The notes under the pieces are model-generated. The model made no database searches and was not told the DNA's origin. It saw nothing but the letters and a program-made list of their open reading frames with translations. This document shows, piece by piece, positions 50,504 through 60,700 of a stretch of 64,000 nt of DNA. Within the stretch, counting starts at the first letter, position 1. Each line of letters begins with the position of its first letter. Made by a program: the position numbers and the translations under genes. Source of the stretch: Candidatus Bathyarchaeia archaeon (GTDB lineage Archaea; Thermoproteota; Bathyarchaeia; 40CM-2-53-6). The stretch is from positions 544,001 through 608,000 of the forward strand of contig JBEKVV010000001.1 of the NCBI GenBank assembly GCA_049513715.1, given 5' to 3'.

Positions 50504-51367
50504 CTAGCTTCGAAGGTTTTCGACGATTTTTTGGGCTGAGTGTGACCTATTCAAAGTATAGAAATGAATTCCGGGGACTCCACGTGCGATGAGTTCTCTA
50601 CATTGCCCGGTAGCATGCACAATACCATATTGCTGGACCGCTTCTAGATCATTCTGAATGGCTTCAAGATCCGTCGCGAGTTTCTCTGGAATCTTCGCTC
50701 CGCAGGTTTGAGTGAACCGCACGATCTGACCGTAATTTGTGATCGGCATGATCCCTGGGATAATGGGAATTGTTATCCCTTTTTCCCGCATTCTTGTTTC
50801 GAAAGCGAAGAAATCGCGGTTGTCGAAGAAGAGTTGAGTAATGATGAAATCGGCTCCTGCCATGACTTTTTCTCGGAGATGGTCCCAATCCGTTTCTTTA
50901 TTGGGAGATTCTATGTGTCCTTCGGGGTAACCTGCAACAGCAATGCAAAAAGGATAGGAAGTGTGAATGAAGTTCGTCAGTTCACTTGCATGTTTGAACC
51001 CATCCGAATGAGGTCTGAAACTCATTTCTCCTTTTGGAGGATCGCCGCGTAGTGCGATTACGTTTTCGATCCCTGAACTGTTCAACTCATCAAGAATGTT
51101 CGTGAGTTTCTGTTTTGAGTGCCCGACACAAGTGAGGTGTGCCATGCTTTCCAGACCGATTTCACTTTTAGCGCGTTTCACAATCTCGACGGTCTTATCT
51201 TGGGTTCGACCACCGGCACCGTAGGTCACAGAGACAAATCCGGGTTTCAGTTTTGCGATTTGTTTCAAGGTTTCGTAGAGCTGAATCGTGGCCTCCTCCG
51301 TTTTTGGGGGGAAGAACTCGAACGAGAATACGGGCCTATTTTTCTGTAGTATCTCAGTGATTTTCAT
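50504..51367 (-). CDS. metF: 5,10-methylene-THF reductase
   Basis: SFEFFPPK, VSVTYGAGG, AHLTC, ALRGDPP, TQLFFD, HFYTLN. Confidence 0.93.
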   Translation of the reverse strand: MKITEILQKNRPVFSFEFFPPKTEEATIQLYETLKQIAKLKPGFVSVTYGAGGRTQDKTVEIVKRAKSEIGLESMAHLTCVGHSKQKLTNILDELNSSGIENVIALRGDPPKGEMSFRPHSDGFKHASELTNFIHTSYPFCIAVAGYPEGHIESPNKETDWDHLREKVMAGADFIITQLFFDNRDFFAFETRMREKGITIPIIPGIMPITNYGQIVRFTQTCGAKIPEKLATDLEAIQNDLEAVQQYGIVHATGQCRELIARGVPGIHFYTLNRSHSAQKIVENLRS

Positions 51368-51848
51368 GAAAGGGCCTCTTCCCGGCACTACTGAGGAATA
51401 GGTTGAAGCACTATGAAAAAAAGATGCTTGCTTGTGAGCACTGTACCAATGTGTCAACATGGCTCCTGTTAGCACTTGTGACCGAACTTGATTGCTCCAT
51501 AAGGAGCCTTATCGTCATACCGGGAGCCTCAATTGAGGCTGCTATTGATAGGATAGTTTTCCTTGACTCTCTAAGCTAAATCAGCATTTCCTCGTTGCTC
51601 TGTGGTGTCAATGTGATAACTAACAGTAGCAGGCACATCCAAATAACCAAAAAGCGGTTTTGCCAAAAGTGCAATACTTTCACAGATCAAGTCTGCCATA
51701 AAGTCAGGTATCAGCAAGATTCAGAGAAATCAGAGCTGTTGATTAAGAAAAGCTACTGGGTCTGTCCTCTCTTGCCGCAACCCTTCGGGTTTTAATCGAA
51801 CCTCACTAAGATGTGGCTTAGAGGTACCTGTTCTCTGGAGCTTTCTAT

Positions 51849-52958
51849 ATGCCCGAGCTTCTAAAGAAGAGCATCGAAATCGACGAGGATACAGGCGCTG
51901 TGGGTGGGCTGCTCACATATGCGAATGCCAAGATACCAGTACCAAACAAGTTTGCCACAACCACCGAACTGAACGCGACACGGCTCGTGGGCCTTAAGGA
52001 GGAATTCCCAACAGAGATAATCATTGCCGGCAAGCTGATTTACCCAGAGACGCTGAAGCGGATTCTCCGCGGAGAAGAATTCCTGAAAGAATTCGCCAGG
52101 CGGATAGCCCGTGAAACGTCGGTACACGAAGACGCACTTAGCATGCTCTTCCTCATCCTCAAAGGGGAAGCCGCGGTGACAGAGACAAATGATTTGCGCA
52201 CAGTCCTTGACCTTCAATACTTCGCCGACATGGACGTTATTACAGTCCAGCAAACACCCGGAGTATCGCCGGAAGAATTCGATAAGCAATACAGATTCGC
52301 GGAAAGGTGGCTGGACAACCGAGGCATAGACAAACCACTAATGCCAGTCCTGTCGCCTGCACCGACTCGCGACGATTTCGAAAAGACGCTTAGACCACTT
52401 CTGAAGAAGAAAGTGAATTTGCTAGGGTTCGATATGAGGGGGGGCTTCTATTACCAAGCACTGCGCTCACTTGAGGATGCCAAGAAGAAGAATCCTGAAT
52501 TGTGGGTTCATGCATTCCAAGTTCCTCCCAAGATTCGCTTCGGGAGAACCTTCCTACGTTGTTCCGAGGGCATGATGCTTCCGCTCTTCGGCGTCGATAG
52601 CTTCAACAGATGGGTCGTTCCACCACCCCCGGTTCCTCTTACCAAAGACAAGATCAACATGTTCGATTCCGCGAATTGGGGCGTGTTCAAACGCAAAGAA
52701 TGGACCCAAGAGTACGGAGCAAAATTGACGTGCACTTGCCCCATGTGCAACAAGCACAGGCTTCCCACCTTCTTCCTAGGCCAAGTGCTCACCGTTCTCG
52801 GAAGAAGCAAGGTCCATGACCATTACGCCCAACGCCAACAACTCCAAGAGTTATCGAGGCGAGTGAAGAGGGGGACGGTCAAAGAATTCGTTCACAAAAA
52901 GAGATACCCTAACGATTTCCTTGAGCAGGTAACAAAATCCGACAAGGAACCGGACTAG
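51849..52958 (+). CDS. Divergent TGT-fold (tRNA-guanine transglycosylase-like) protein
   Basis: N-terminal GGLL...IPVP, GVDSF and C-terminal CTCPMC...H zinc site; no DSGG. Confidence 0.55.
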   Translation: MPELLKKSIEIDEDTGAVGGLLTYANAKIPVPNKFATTTELNATRLVGLKEEFPTEIIIAGKLIYPETLKRILRGEEFLKEFARRIARETSVHEDALSMLFLILKGEAAVTETNDLRTVLDLQYFADMDVITVQQTPGVSPEEFDKQYRFAERWLDNRGIDKPLMPVLSPAPTRDDFEKTLRPLLKKKVNLLGFDMRGGFYYQALRSLEDAKKKNPELWVHAFQVPPKIRFGRTFLRCSEGMMLPLFGVDSFNRWVVPPPPVPLTKDKINMFDSANWGVFKRKEWTQEYGAKLTCTCPMCNKHRLPTFFLGQVLTVLGRSKVHDHYAQRQQLQELSRRVKRGTVKEFVHKKRYPNDFLEQVTKSDKEPD

Positions 52959-53530
52959 AGTTTCGCTTCAGCCATCTTCGTCATCAAAGCTCGAAGGTCT
53001 ATCTCTGAACGCGTCCGCCAACCCAAGGAGGTTACCCCGGCGTCGTCCTCATCCAGATATCCTGTCCTTAGGAATATGTCAACCAAGGTTACGGCCTTCC
53101 AGCGCCCGAATTTTAGGGCCAGGAGCTTCTCCAGGTCCTCGCGAGGGGCCTTGCCTTGCTTTGAAACGAGGTAGGCTACGGAGGCACTCAATGCGGCTAG
53201 GTTGTCAATTCGCCAACCAATCATCTTAGCCTCCTTCAAACCTAAGGTGCCTTTCAAGGCCACACAGTACCGGGCCTCCTCAAGCGGGATGCTGCTTTCG
53301 GCGGCAATCTCTCCTGTTTGTGGTTCTGTGACCTTCTTCACTTTCAGGTCAAGCTCCGAAAGTAGTTGGTTCAACTGAGTGAGAACCTGCTGGTAGTTCT
53401 TGCCCACCTTCTCCTTCAACTCCCACTCCCTCGCACCCGGCATCTTGCCGTGCCGAAAGAGGAGAAGGTGAATCGCCCGCTTCAACTTGTCAGCGTAGAA
53501 GCTCTTCGTTTCCGTTTCAGTTTGAGTCAA
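52955..53530 (-). CDS. Tandem winged-helix (kite, ScpB/Nse1/Nse3-like) protein
   Basis: Third gene of the SMC operon; C-terminal GYL...LGWRTRSEID. Confidence 0.55.
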   Translation of the reverse strand: MTQTETETKSFYADKLKRAIHLLLFRHGKMPGAREWELKEKVGKNYQQVLTQLNQLLSELDLKVKKVTEPQTGEIAAESSIPLEEARYCVALKGTLGLKEAKMIGWRIDNLAALSASVAYLVSKQGKAPREDLEKLLALKFGRWKAVTLVDIFLRTGYLDEDDAGVTSLGWRTRSEIDLRALMTKMAEAKL

Positions 53531-54329
53531 TCACTTTAGCCTCTTTGGGAATCGGAATTGGGAAACTAACTCCTCCTTCTAGGGCCTTTTCTGAAGGATT
53601 GTCAAGGGGAGTTAGGGTCATCTTCTCGCCCTCGGGTTGTAGTTTGGCATATCCGTATGTTATCAGAAAGCTTGCGAAATACGCTCGTTCTACAGTCAAC
53701 TGGTACGAAGCTGCCTTGACGAAGGCCCAGTAATCCACAGCCTTCCCGTCAGCGGCGTAGCGCTGGCGAAGCTCGCCCCATAGCTCTACGAGGTGTTTTC
53801 CAAATTCCTTGTCCTCGATACCCAACCCCGTAAGCGTCCCAGAATCTGCCTTACCGGGATCCTTCCCACGCACGTAATCCCGCTGCTTCCATCGCTCCGA
53901 TATGGGCAAAAGCAGATTCCAGTAATTGATGGCGTCCCCGACAACACCCTCAGTCAACTGCTCTAATTCGGCAAGGGGATGCCAGCTCTGAAGGAAAACC
54001 TCTGCCAGTCGTTTTTCGCTCATCCGTTCGACTTTCTTCGCTATGAACTCCGGTTCAGCGTATAACACGCTGGACTGGAACTTGAGTTGGGTGTTCTGAA
54101 GGCGCACAACCTCGGAGAGCCTGTTGAGCGTATGAGCGTCCCGGCAATGGTCATCGAAACCCTCCCAGTACGGAAAATATTGTCGTAGCGTCTCAACGCC
54201 AAGATTCACATCAAGGAAGAACGGGTTGAACTTCCGCTCGGATATGGCATCACATGTCTCAATCAGTTCCTGAAGCTCCTTTCTACCCGAAGCGAGCACT
54301 GAACGCTTGCTCTTCGCTCTTGTGGCCAA
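53517..54329 (-). CDS. Kleisin-like (ScpA/Nse4-like) protein
   Basis: NPFFLDV ScpA-like N-terminal motif; C-terminal winged-helix-like region; directly after the SMC gene. Confidence 0.55.
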   Translation of the reverse strand: MATRAKSKRSVLASGRKELQELIETCDAISERKFNPFFLDVNLGVETLRQYFPYWEGFDDHCRDAHTLNRLSEVVRLQNTQLKFQSSVLYAEPEFIAKKVERMSEKRLAEVFLQSWHPLAELEQLTEGVVGDAINYWNLLLPISERWKQRDYVRGKDPGKADSGTLTGLGIEDKEFGKHLVELWGELRQRYAADGKAVDYWAFVKAASYQLTVERAYFASFLITYGYAKLQPEGEKMTLTPLDNPSEKALEGGVSFPIPIPKEAKVIDSN

Positions 54330-54330
54330 C

Positions 54331-56256
54331 CTACTTCAACTCGCTCACAACAGAAGACCCCTGAACGTTTTGTACAACAATCACGTGGCTATTTTCGGTT
54401 ACGCTGATTTGTCCCGGAGTTATCGCGAGATACTGGCCCTCTGTCATAGTGCCCGCACTCGACGTGATTAGCTGTGTAACAAGTTCTCGGTTCTTCGGGT
54501 CCATGTGGACGTCAAATTCATCTATGGCTCGGAAGGGGGAGGTGATGTGCTGCTGCAAAGCTAGGAGGAAAGCCATCATCGCTATGCTCCGCTCCCCGCC
54601 GCTTTGGGTAAATGCGTCTAGTGGGGTTGGTTTGTTTCCTTTGAAGCCCACCAGAATCTCCAAGCCACACTTTTCGATGTCTCTTGACGACATCAAGCGA
54701 ATTGAACCGGTTGCGCTGACGCTCAGCAGCATTTCGGTATAACGTCCTGTCAACTGTTCAAGGAATCCTGTAAGGACGTCTCGCCATCGGCCGAGGCGCT
54801 TGTCCAACTCGGTAAGAACTTCTTGGCGGCTGTGGGCCACCTGGTCGGCCTTTTGGCGGAGCTCCTCGTAGACCTTTGCGTATGACGAGTACATGCGTTC
54901 GACGTCCTCGGAGATGGAGGCAAGGGGTTTCATTTGCTCCTCCACTCCGCCCAGTTCAAGCATGACCTCTAGGATTTTTCTCGGCGAATCAACCGGCGCG
55001 CCCTCCTTCTCCGCTGAGGCGATCATCGGGTCGAGTTCTTCCTTGGCTAGGCGGACTTGGGCTTGAAGGTCACCCACCTCTTCCGTGAGGAGTTTCCGCT
55101 TGAAACCCGAAACCTCGTACTCCACGTTCGTGTCGATTAAGCGGGAGAGGGCATCCTCTAGCCGTCCGCTAGTGTCGACAATACTCTCAGTGAGGTTTGA
55201 TAGTTTCTCCTTGGATCTTTCCAGTTTGGTTTGGGAGAGCTCCACAGTCTCCTTCCAAGAAGTCCTCAGCTTGCCTAGGGTTTCAAGCGCAGGGTTCTCG
55301 TTGACGCCTTGCTGCGGTTCGGTGAAGATCTTCAGATCATGAAGCAGATTCGTTGCCCATTCGAGGTTTAGTTGGTGCGTCGTCAGTTCCCTGGCGAGTT
55401 CCACGCGTTTGTCCTCAAGCGCAACGCGGCCTAGGTTCAGTTCATCGAACTTTGCTTGACGCTTCTTCTTGGACTCTGCCAGTTCCTGAATCTTGTTTTC
55501 AATGGATTGAAGGGATTTAGTCCTTGACTCGATCCGCGTCTCAATGCGACCTAAAGCCTCCTTCCGCTTCTGAATCCTGCTCCAGAGCAGCTCTCGTTTC
55601 AGTGCCTCGAGCTTCGTTTCCAGTTGTCGTTTCTGTAGGAATCGTTCGTATTCACGCTTCCAGTAGTCGTGGGTTTCTTTTGTGGATTCGAGCACTTGGG
55701 CGAGGGTATGCTCTTCGCTTACGACACTGTCTAAGCGCAACCTAGCGTCAAGCACGTCTTCTCTGTATGATTGAAAACCCACTGCCTCTTCTAACATATT
55801 CAACTTGTCCTGTGGGGTTACTGCGGCGAAGCGCCCCACCATGAACTGGTGCATTATGACGAGTATGTTGTCCGGGTTGAGACCCATGGTTTCGAATACG
55901 TCAGTGACGGCCGACTTCGCTGCCGCTTTGTTTTGTAGCATGTAATAGTACGTGCCATTTTGCTTCAGGACTCTTGTAATCGTGACTAGGTCTGTGTGGT
56001 AGTGGGGGAAGGGACGCTTCGTGCCCGAGTTGTCGAGAACTAGTGTGATTCTGGCTTCGTCGTTTCCCCACTTTATGAGGTCGCTGAGCTTCTTCGACCT
56101 TTCCGTGTAGGCCTGCCCCAAGACCACAGATATTGCTAGGAGAATCGACGATTTCCCCGCACCGTTCGGCCCGCAAATGATGTTCAGCCCGGGCTCTAAG
56201 GGAACGTAGGCGTTTTCGTACGACATGAAATTTGTTAGGACTACTCCCTTGATCAT
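54331..56256 (-). CDS. Short SMC-family ATPase, SMC5/6-like (641 aa)
   Basis: NFMS, GPNGAGKSS, coiled coil, QSGGERS, PFRAIDEFDVHMD. Confidence 0.88.
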   Translation of the reverse strand: MIKGVVLTNFMSYENAYVPLEPGLNIICGPNGAGKSSILLAISVVLGQAYTERSKKLSDLIKWGNDEARITLVLDNSGTKRPFPHYHTDLVTITRVLKQNGTYYYMLQNKAAAKSAVTDVFETMGLNPDNILVIMHQFMVGRFAAVTPQDKLNMLEEAVGFQSYREDVLDARLRLDSVVSEEHTLAQVLESTKETHDYWKREYERFLQKRQLETKLEALKRELLWSRIQKRKEALGRIETRIESRTKSLQSIENKIQELAESKKKRQAKFDELNLGRVALEDKRVELARELTTHQLNLEWATNLLHDLKIFTEPQQGVNENPALETLGKLRTSWKETVELSQTKLERSKEKLSNLTESIVDTSGRLEDALSRLIDTNVEYEVSGFKRKLLTEEVGDLQAQVRLAKEELDPMIASAEKEGAPVDSPRKILEVMLELGGVEEQMKPLASISEDVERMYSSYAKVYEELRQKADQVAHSRQEVLTELDKRLGRWRDVLTGFLEQLTGRYTEMLLSVSATGSIRLMSSRDIEKCGLEILVGFKGNKPTPLDAFTQSGGERSIAMMAFLLALQQHITSPFRAIDEFDVHMDPKNRELVTQLITSSAGTMTEGQYLAITPGQISVTENSHVIVVQNVQGSSVVSELK

Positions 56257-56479
56257 CTGGCCCGAGCTACCGTATGAAAACTAGGGTTGATTCTGGCCGC
56301 GTAAAAAACGTTCAGGGCTCTCCAGTCTCGTTTCCATCGGTTCTCTACTGGGCGGAAAACTGTGCTTCTTTCTGGCGAACGAAAGGTCCCCCATTTTTAC
56401 GGTGAGTTGGACCGATTCTTGTCAACATGTTCGCGCGGAGAATCGCGTCACTCGTTCAAGTGTAAACGCGTAGATGTAA

Positions 56480-56488
56480 GTTTATATA
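56480..56488 (+). promoter_or_regulatory. TATA box upstream of gar1-tfb
   Basis: GTTTATATA about 25 nt before ATG 56505. Confidence 0.55.
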
Positions 56489-56504
56489 CGGTCCTGACTT
56501 TTCG

Positions 56505-56765
56505 ATGACTCACGGCGGGAGTGACGTAGCAAGTTTGCTTAGGCTCGGCAAGATTCTGCATTTTTCAAGCAGCCGCAGCCTCATAGTCAAATGCGAAGAA
56601 ACAAGATTCGTAAGATTGGGCACAAAAGTCTGTGATTCCAAACTCAAAGAGATTGGAAAAGTTCAGGACTTCTTTGGACCAATTGCTGCACCCTACTTGT
56701 CAATCCGACCGACAAGCACCTCGCCTACCCGATACGTCGGCCGAATCGCCTACTCATTAAATTAG
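56505..56765 (+). CDS. gar1: Gar1/Naf1 H/ACA RNP protein (start may be TTG 56535)
   Basis: RLGKILH, IGKVQDFFGPIAAPY; upstream of tfb. Confidence 0.85.
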   Translation: MTHGGSDVASLLRLGKILHFSSSRSLIVKCEETRFVRLGTKVCDSKLKEIGKVQDFFGPIAAPYLSIRPTSTSPTRYVGRIAYSLN

Positions 56766-56784
56766 ATTAAGTAGAAGTGAGAGA

Positions 56785-57741
56785 GTGTCTGAGGAAACAG
56801 ATAGTGAATTAGGGGAAACCCTACAATCGCCACGTAGGGTCCGCGTCTGCCCTGAGTGCGGTGGGCCAAAGCTGATGCGGGATTACGAGGCGGCCGAAAT
56901 TGTATGCATGGCATGCGGATTCGTCATTGCGGATAAGATTGCTGACACGAGGCCTGAGTGGCGCGCTTTCGACGACGACCAAAAGGCCAAGCGTTCCCGC
57001 GTTGGCGCACCGTTAACCTACACGATTCACGACAAAGGCCTCTCCACCATTATTGATTGGCGTGACCGACGTGTCCTCGGAAAGAACGCAACTGCAACCC
57101 AACGCCTGGATCTCTACAAACTCCGCAAGTGGCAAAGCAGAGTAAGAGTATCTGACGCTACCGAAAGAAACCTAGCAGTTGCACTCGCCGAACTAAGCAA
57201 ACTCTCATCAGCGCTGAACCTTCCCAAAAATATTCTTGAAACAGCCTCAGTCATCTACAGGCGCGCAATCAAGAAACGGCTGATTCGTGGGAGATCTATT
57301 CACAATGTTACCGCAGCGGCCATCTACATGAGTTGCAGGCAATGCGGCGTACCACGAACACTGGACGAGATAGCGTCCTCATCCAGCCTGAACAAGAAGG
57401 ATATTGGAAGAAGCTACAGGTTCATGGTACGAGAACTTGAAGCCTTTGTACCGCCGTCCACAAGCAGGAACTATGCAGCTCGATTCAGCAATAAACTAAT
57501 GATCTCTGGAAAGGCTGAAGCTATTGCAATCAAAATTCTGGAAATTGCTAAAGACATGAAATTGACGAGCGGGAGGGGGCCCACCGGAATTGCAGCCGCG
57601 GCGACCTATATCGCCACGGTCCTCACAAACGAAAGAAAAACGCAACGCGAAATCGCAGAGATTGCCAACGTTACTGAAGTGACCATTCGAAACAGGTACA
57701 AGGAATTACTCGAGCGCCTCTACATCGAAGTCCCCCTTTAG
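56785..57741 (+). CDS. tfb: Transcription initiation factor IIB
   Basis: CPECG zinc ribbon, PEWRAF, RVGAP, TQREIA, VTEVTIRNRYKEL. Confidence 0.97.
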   Translation: MSEETDSELGETLQSPRRVRVCPECGGPKLMRDYEAAEIVCMACGFVIADKIADTRPEWRAFDDDQKAKRSRVGAPLTYTIHDKGLSTIIDWRDRRVLGKNATATQRLDLYKLRKWQSRVRVSDATERNLAVALAELSKLSSALNLPKNILETASVIYRRAIKKRLIRGRSIHNVTAAAIYMSCRQCGVPRTLDEIASSSSLNKKDIGRSYRFMVRELEAFVPPSTSRNYAARFSNKLMISGKAEAIAIKILEIAKDMKLTSGRGPTGIAAAATYIATVLTNERKTQREIAEIANVTEVTIRNRYKELLERLYIEVPL

Positions 57742-57772
57742 CGTGCAATCTAGGCCCAAAAGTGTGGTTGGG

Positions 57773-60700
57773 TCAGGCTTTTTTCGCTGTTTTGTTCGTC
57801 GGCAGCTTTTTTGCGGCCGGTCTGGGGACTTCGCGTAGGCCGAATTCGTATGTTCCGCCGTCTATTTGCCAAGTCTTAATGTAGTAGGGCTCCTTAAGCT
57901 CTGTTTTCTCTGTGGCGACTACGAAGCGCTTCGCTCGTACTTCGTGGGATAAGTAGCTGCGTTTGCTCTGAAGCATGCTCGCCTTTTCGGCTGTGGGTGC
58001 GATGATGTAGCCGTGAACGTAAGAATCGACCTGCAGGTCCATCTCCTTTCGCATCTGTTGCATGCGTCGTACAGCGTCGCGGGTTAAGCCTTCAGCTAAT
58101 TCGCTTCTTGTCAGTTTAAGGTCCAAGTAGACCGTTCCGTCTGTGAACTCCGCCTTCGCGAAACGTTCGGCTTCTGGGCCGGACTCGAATTTTGCGGATT
58201 TCTGCTTAGGCACGCCTGACAGTCTGCGGGTGTTGGCTTGTTCGAGCAGAAGTGCGGAGTACGTTCGGAGGGCGTTTCTAATAGGTTTGGCATCTGAGGC
58301 CACGGTTATGCGGGGCACTGGTTGCCGCTGCTTCAAGGCTTTGCCGATGCGGGCGACCGCTATCGTCGAGAGGACGATCTGAGCTGCTTTCATTTCTTCC
58401 TCGAGCGAATCGTTCAGGAATTTCTTGTCATAGCTCGGCCAGTCTAGAAGATGGACGCTTGGAGGATGTTTCGGCTCTGCGTTCTTGAACATGTCTTGGT
58501 AGAGTGACTCTGAAAGGAATGGGGCGATTGGGCTTAGCATAGTGAGAGCGTTCTTGAGTGCGGTGTAGAGTATCGCATATGCGGCTAGCTTGTCCCGATT
58601 CTGTTTCTCAACCCATGTTCTTCGCCTGATGAATCGAACGTATGTGTGGCTGAGGTCCTCGACGAGAAAAGCTTTGAGCGCCCGCACAGCCTCATAGACC
58701 TTGTACTGCTCCATCGCCTCTGTAGCATACTTGATCGTTCGATGCATCCTGCTGAGCAACCAACGGTCTTCGGGTCGAAGTGACTTCGTCAACTTTGCGA
58801 TCGGCCACTTTGTGGGTGAGAATTTGTCGAGGCTCATGTATGTGCTAGCGAAGACGAACGTGTTCCAGAATGTGCCAAGGTCGCCGCTGTACTGCTTCAC
58901 AGCATCCCAAGAGAACCTAAGGTCTTCCCAGATTGTGTTTTGGAGTACGTAGTATCGGAATGCGTCGCGGCCGAATTTCTGAACCACTTCTTGAGATGTG
59001 ACAAAGTTCCCTAGCGACTTGTGCATCTCACGTCCCTTGTCGTCCAAGACAAAGCCGTGCATGAGAACGGTGTCAAACGGCCGGAGGTCCATCGCCACCA
59101 TCCCGGCTTTGAGTAGTGAGAAGAACCATCCAGAGATCTGATCGCGGCCCTCCACTATGAAATCTGCAGGCCACCACAGCTTCGTCACCTCGGGGTACTT
59201 GGGGTGGCTTAGACATGCGTAAGAGGCTGCGCCAGAGTCGTACCACCCCACCATGACGTCCGGTATCCGAGCCATTTCACCGCCACATTTGCACCGAATC
59301 CTAACTTTATCCACCCAAGGTCTGTGCAGGTTTGGAAGGTCCACCTTCGCCAGGGACCTCTCAAGAAGTTCCTGCTTCGAGCCAATGACTTCATGCTGCC
59401 CGCAGGAGCCGCAAACCCAGACGGGCAGGGGTGTCCCCCAGAACCTTTGCCTCGAGACTACCCAGTCTTTCAGGTTTTGAAGCCAGTTCTTGAATTGGCT
59501 AGCGCCGGCCCAGATTGGTATCCACTGTGTGGCATCAACGTCTTTGATGAACTGGTCTTTGAGATGTGCGACTCGCACAAGCCACTGTTCAGTAGCACGA
59601 ATGATTAGGGGCGTTTTGCAACGCCAACAGACGGGGCTCCTGTGCTCTATCTCGGTCTCAAAGAGGAGCATCCCGGCCGATTTCAAATCCTCAATAACTT
59701 CGGGGTTGGCGTCACGCACGAACTTCCCTGCATACTTGCCAGTATCAGAAACCAACCGTCCCTGGTCGTCCACGAGCATGAGCACTGGAAGATTGCTACG
59801 TATACCCACCTCGTAGTCTTCCTCGCCGTGGCCAGGCGCCGAGTGCACGCAACCAGTCCCATCTTCCATGCTCACGTATTCCTTACTGAGAACAACGCGG
59901 TGGCCGCCTTTGAGTTTCGCCTGCGCAGGCACTAGGCCTTCCAGTGGCGAGCGGTAAGTGAGCCCTTCGAGCTTGGTTCCTGGAAAGCTTTCTAGAAGCT
60001 CGAAGTGTGTCCCCGTCTCCTTCTGGACGCTCTCCATTCTTGCCTTTGCGATAATGTACACTTCGTCATCTGACCTTACCCTAGCGTAGTCGAAATCCGG
60101 GTTAACCATAACTGCTACGTTCGAGGGTAATGTCCATGGGGTCGTGGTCCAGATGAGAACGAATTCATTCTGTTTCCCCTCAACTGGAAATTTCACATAG
60201 ATGGATGGGTCGCGGAGCATCTTGTACTCCAAAACAACCTCGTAATCTGAGAGCACTGTTTCGCACCTTGGGCACCAGTGAACCACGCGTTGTCCATGCT
60301 CGAACAGTCCCTTGGTCCAAGCTTGCTTCAGGCTCCACCAGTCACTTTCGATGTAATCATCATGATGCGTCATGTAGGGCTTAGCCCAGTCCATCCACAC
60401 CCCAAGGTCTTGGAAGACCTGAGTCATTGATTCGGAATTCATTTCAGCGAAACGCTTGCACTCAGAAACAAACTTCTCCAGGCCGAAGCCCTCAATGTCC
60501 TTTTTCGTTTTGAAGTCGAACTTTTGTTCTACTGCCAGTTCGATTGGGAGCCCGTGGCAGTCGTAGCCTGGTTGATCTCTAACGTGGTAGCCGCGTGATC
60601 GTTTGTATCGGATTATCGTGTCCTTGAGAACCTTGTTCCAACATGTCCCTATGTGAGGAGTATCAGAGCTTGGGAACGGTGGCCCGTCGAGGAAATAAAA

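Noticed and set aside
51595..51795. 66-aa Cys-containing ORF
   Set aside because: Weak start and incomplete second Cys pair; possibly a remnant, not supportable.
52955..56256. Wadjet (JetABCD) defence system
   Set aside because: No JetD/Toprim gene, different gene order, short SMC and a housekeeping neighbourhood.
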